Shown here piece by piece: positions 61,135-64,000 of a stretch of 64,000 nt of DNA; the first letter of the stretch is position 1; each line of letters opens with the position of its first letter. The translations under genes were made by a program, and so were the position numbers. The stretch is from Selaginella moellendorffii (Eukaryota; Plantae; Lycopodiophyta): contig NW_003314281.1 of NCBI RefSeq assembly GCF_000143415.4, forward strand, positions 2,085,882 to 2,149,881, read 5' to 3'. The notes under the pieces were generated by a model that was not told where the DNA came from, did no database searches, and saw nothing but the letters and a program-made list of their open reading frames with translations.

Positions 61135-64000
61135 TTGTTGTGCATTTCTGAACAGGCGAGGAATTGCGTTCTTCTTCCAGCCACTGTCAACGTGGATGCA
61201 GAGAAGGGGGAGGAGCTCACCAGTTGGACTTTCAGGATGGAAGGCGAGGATCTGAGGCTGTACAACACAGATGGTGGGAGAAAAGAATGCATGGGGATCC
61301 TCATCCAAGTGACAGACACTCCATGCAGTTCCATGCAAGAATATGGACTGGCACTTGTGGTAGAGACAGCGTCCGCCTTCAAGATCCACCTTGCACATCC
61401 TAGCGGCTTCCCGGAGGGGGGCAGCGGTTATGAGGAATTCCTAGAGGGAGCTAGGGAGAGGTTGTCCAGGAGGCCCACAATTTCAAAGACGCTGCGGGTC
61501 TATGAAGATCACATGGAATCCACGGACCTCACCTACGGCGATGTTCAAAAACTATATTCCAACATTGAGCCGTTAAGAGTGCCTCCAGTTCGCGAAGCGA
61601 AGGGGAAGGGGGTCGATCTGGAAACTACCCCGAAGCAGAAAAGGGTGGTCAAGCTCAAGCCGACGTTCGACTCTCCTGCTCCAAAAAAGAAGCTACTCGG
61701 TGATGCCATTGCCTCGGGTTCGAACACTACACCCACCAAAAAGAAGAGCCGCAAAGAGCAGAAAGAGCAAGAAGAGGCAACAAAAATCGTCGCAGATAAT
61801 AGTACTTGTTACTATTCCAACAAAGTATATACAATCGACGTGAGCCGTATCGACATCCAAAGCAAATACAACCACAGGCTAGTATCTGATGAGTGGGTGG
61901 AGAAACTGAAGCAGAAGATGCTGGCAAGTCCAGTAACACCCGACATCGCAGACGTGATCCCCTACTACCGAACAATGAAGGGCGAGACAAGGTTTCCAGA
62001 CTTGATCAATAGGAAGGTGTTGGACGATCAGAACATCCGGTTCTATGCCGTCTCCGGGCAGCATTCTAGCTTGGCAATGCAAGAGATAGTTGTGGATATT
62101 ATGGTGGGCGAGGAGGTGAAGAAAGTCTTCAAGACAAGAGTTGTCCGCCTGATAAAAGGCAATTCGCCCCTCCGATCTATCATATACATCTCCCACGCGC
62201 AGAATGTCAAGCAAGAAACGTGCTACAAATCGGGTCTGCACGAGACATTGGCACGAACACGGAAGCTCTGGGTTCAACTGAAGAAGCCACAAAAACCAGG
62301 ACAAGGACGTGCACTAGCAACTAGCACCTGGCAGGTAAGCCTTGTTGCATGTGGCATAGCATGTGGCCTCATGCCATTTCCATTGCAGAAATTCTCGAGT
62401 CTTCTCTCGAAAACACTGGGGGTCAATGACACACTCAGCATCCATAACATTCTACTCGCGACAAAAGTTGTTTTTGACAAATGGGTAGATGTGCTGAGGA
62501 GGTACTATGACGGGGAGTTGCTAAACTCAATGGGTGTGGAGGACGGCCGGAAGCCCAATGATTTGAAGCTCAACGCCTTGCGTTTCTCGCGGTCTCTAGA
62601 CGACGACGACCTTCTGACAGTGGCTAATGCTCTTCTACATGGTGAGGTAGTCTTCAACAAGACCAAAATGACTCCCGGCCATATTGTGACATACGAGGAC
62701 TTGTGCACGACTCTGAGAGCTCTTGCGCTATTGAAGGATTGGATCTTCGAGCAAGTGGCCGTGGAGAGGGTGAGCATCGACACCACACAAGAGATGATGG
62801 AAGAGCTGGAGTTGTCAAATGAAGACATCGACGAGTACGTGAAGGGGGCCCCCAAGTTCATCGATCTGCTACGGGATGCCACGGAAAGTAAAGCTGAGAA
62901 GTTGGATCAGTATCCAAATTTCATTAAGAGGGATGTCGACCGCCGGCTTCAGAAACAGCTCTCAGCAGAGGCCTATCGAGAACCTTACTGGGTATACGTG
63001 AATTCGGATGAGGATCAAAGGTGGAGGAGCATCGTTTCCTGCGGAGATGAGCAGGTCAAGAATATTTTTTGTGTGATGGACTTCACAAACGAGGAGATCA
63101 CTCATGCAGATGAAGTCAGCTCCATCATTGACTTAATGGTGGGACTTGCGGAGGTGGAATCTTCAGTCCACTATATAATCTACGACTCCGAATCCTATCA
63201 CAAGTTCTAGAAGGCTTTGAACGAGGTGAAGGCTCGGTTGAAAGGCAAAGAGATGCAGGAGATCCATGGGATAATGGCTAAGAAGAAGATACCGACGAAT
63301 GTCCGCATCTTCACACTCGCCCTTGTTATTGGTCCTGCAGTAGAGTGGGACTGGAGTGACTTCCCAGCTTCGTTCGACAAGGCCGATCGAATTGATCTAA
63401 GGGAGGTCAATTTACCCGTGCCTGAGGAACTGAAGACGGCTATGGAGCTTTCGAATCCAGAGAAAGCTCCAGGTGCAGCATGGGAAATGCTCAGCTGGGT
63501 CTTCAACGCAATAGCGGGTGGGTCACCTGCTTCCGACTCCAAGGGCAAATGCATTGTCGAGTACAACTGCGGCGGACTATTCTTTCGAGCCGCACTACTC
63601 AAGGGTGTCCGGTGTGTTGCGGTGACAAACTCCATTGAAGAGGTGACTTCAATGGAGCATATAATTACAGTTGCCAAAGAAAAACAGTATCTTCTCTGCG
63701 AACCTGGTGAGTACGCACTTTAAGTTTAAATGTTATCTCATAAGCTCTGTATGCAGGAGCGTGGCCACCCCCAGATGCTGAAACGGCGTTAACAGCTACT
63801 GTTGAAGATACCCATGTTGGGCCGAGCTCACAACCTGCACAAGGTAAGGTCACGTGAGGCCTCATGCCATTTTGATTATAGATCGTTGTGAATATTCAGA
63901 CACGAGGACTGAAAAGCACACTGGTGGCGCGTCGAAGAAGGACGAAAAGACAAGCAATAGGAAAAAAGGAGGTACAAATTATATTTGTAATGGCGTGTGG
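61135..64000 (+). pseudogene. Spliced gene encoding a ParB/Srx-like domain and a degenerate amino-DNA-methyltransferase-like C-terminus; one in-frame TAG
   Basis: ParB-like IDVSRIDIQSKYNHRLVSDEWVEKLKQKM...FYAVSGQHSSLA. C-terminal MLSWVFNAI...GKCIVEYNCGGLFFRAALLKGVRCVAV. GT-AG introns at 62335-62388 and 63707-63756. TAG at 63208-63210 is followed by the same frame. Confidence 0.55.

Larger units (their letters stand above)
52990..64000. mobile_element. Putative large DNA transposon: Sola/DUF7869-like transposase, divergent ParB-like gene and dispersed palindromes; termini not identified, continues past the window
   Basis: Transposase-like frame, second gene and ~25 copies of one 22-bp palindrome all fall within this interval. 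I did not see the palindrome left of ~53 kb. Confidence 0.65.
53058..64000. repeat. Dispersed 22-bp palindrome, consensus ATGGCATGAGGCCTCATGCCAT, ~25 copies
   Basis: Copies start at about 53058, 53374, 53463, 53870, 53972, 54052, 54212, 54358, 55700, 55757, 57603, 57673, 57709, 57879, 57977, 58582, 58654, 59500, 59579, 60942, 61019, 61079, 62356, 63849 and 63990 (cut by the window edge). Some are quite degenerate. Confidence 0.9.

Noticed and set aside
55001-63210. In-frame TAG stops as programmed read-through, recoding or U-to-C editing
   Set aside because: C>T decay is pervasive in neighbouring TEs and explains all the stops. Host genes here use TAG as a normal stop.
53058-64000. Palindromic repeats as a CRISPR array
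   Set aside because: Spacing is irregular (tens of bp to >1 kb), copies lie in introns and ORFs, there are no cas genes, and the context is eukaryotic.

Overview
Plant nuclear DNA, most likely a lycophyte such as Selaginella. This is an inference from ~50-bp introns, very short intergenic gaps, an IFT57 flagellar gene and a PLS-type PPR gene. The first ~20.8 kb is a very compact block of six genes: an intronless GH1 beta-glucosidase (partial), DGS1/NCA2, a PLS-E PPR gene, heme oxygenase, IFT57 and TOR. From ~21.1 kb the window is almost all transposon-derived. It holds a Helitron with both termini and a captured WEE1-like kinase fragment, gene fragments, three copies of a ~1.7-kb minisatellite-bearing solo LTR (one scrambled, one with a nested 162-bp element), LINE remnants, and a young intact Ty3/gypsy element nested in an old one. 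The most unusual part is ~53-64 kb, which looks like a large DNA transposon. It has a ~1020-codon Sola/DUF7869-like transposase frame (minus strand) and a divergent gene whose product has a ParB/Srx-like domain and an apparently degenerate amino-methyltransferase-like C-terminus. About 25 copies of a 22-bp palindrome (consensus ATGGCATGAGGCCTCATGCCAT) are spread through intergenic DNA, introns and the transposase frame, which suggests a ParB/parS-like protein-site pair carried by a eukaryotic transposon. All calls were made by eye, with no database searches.
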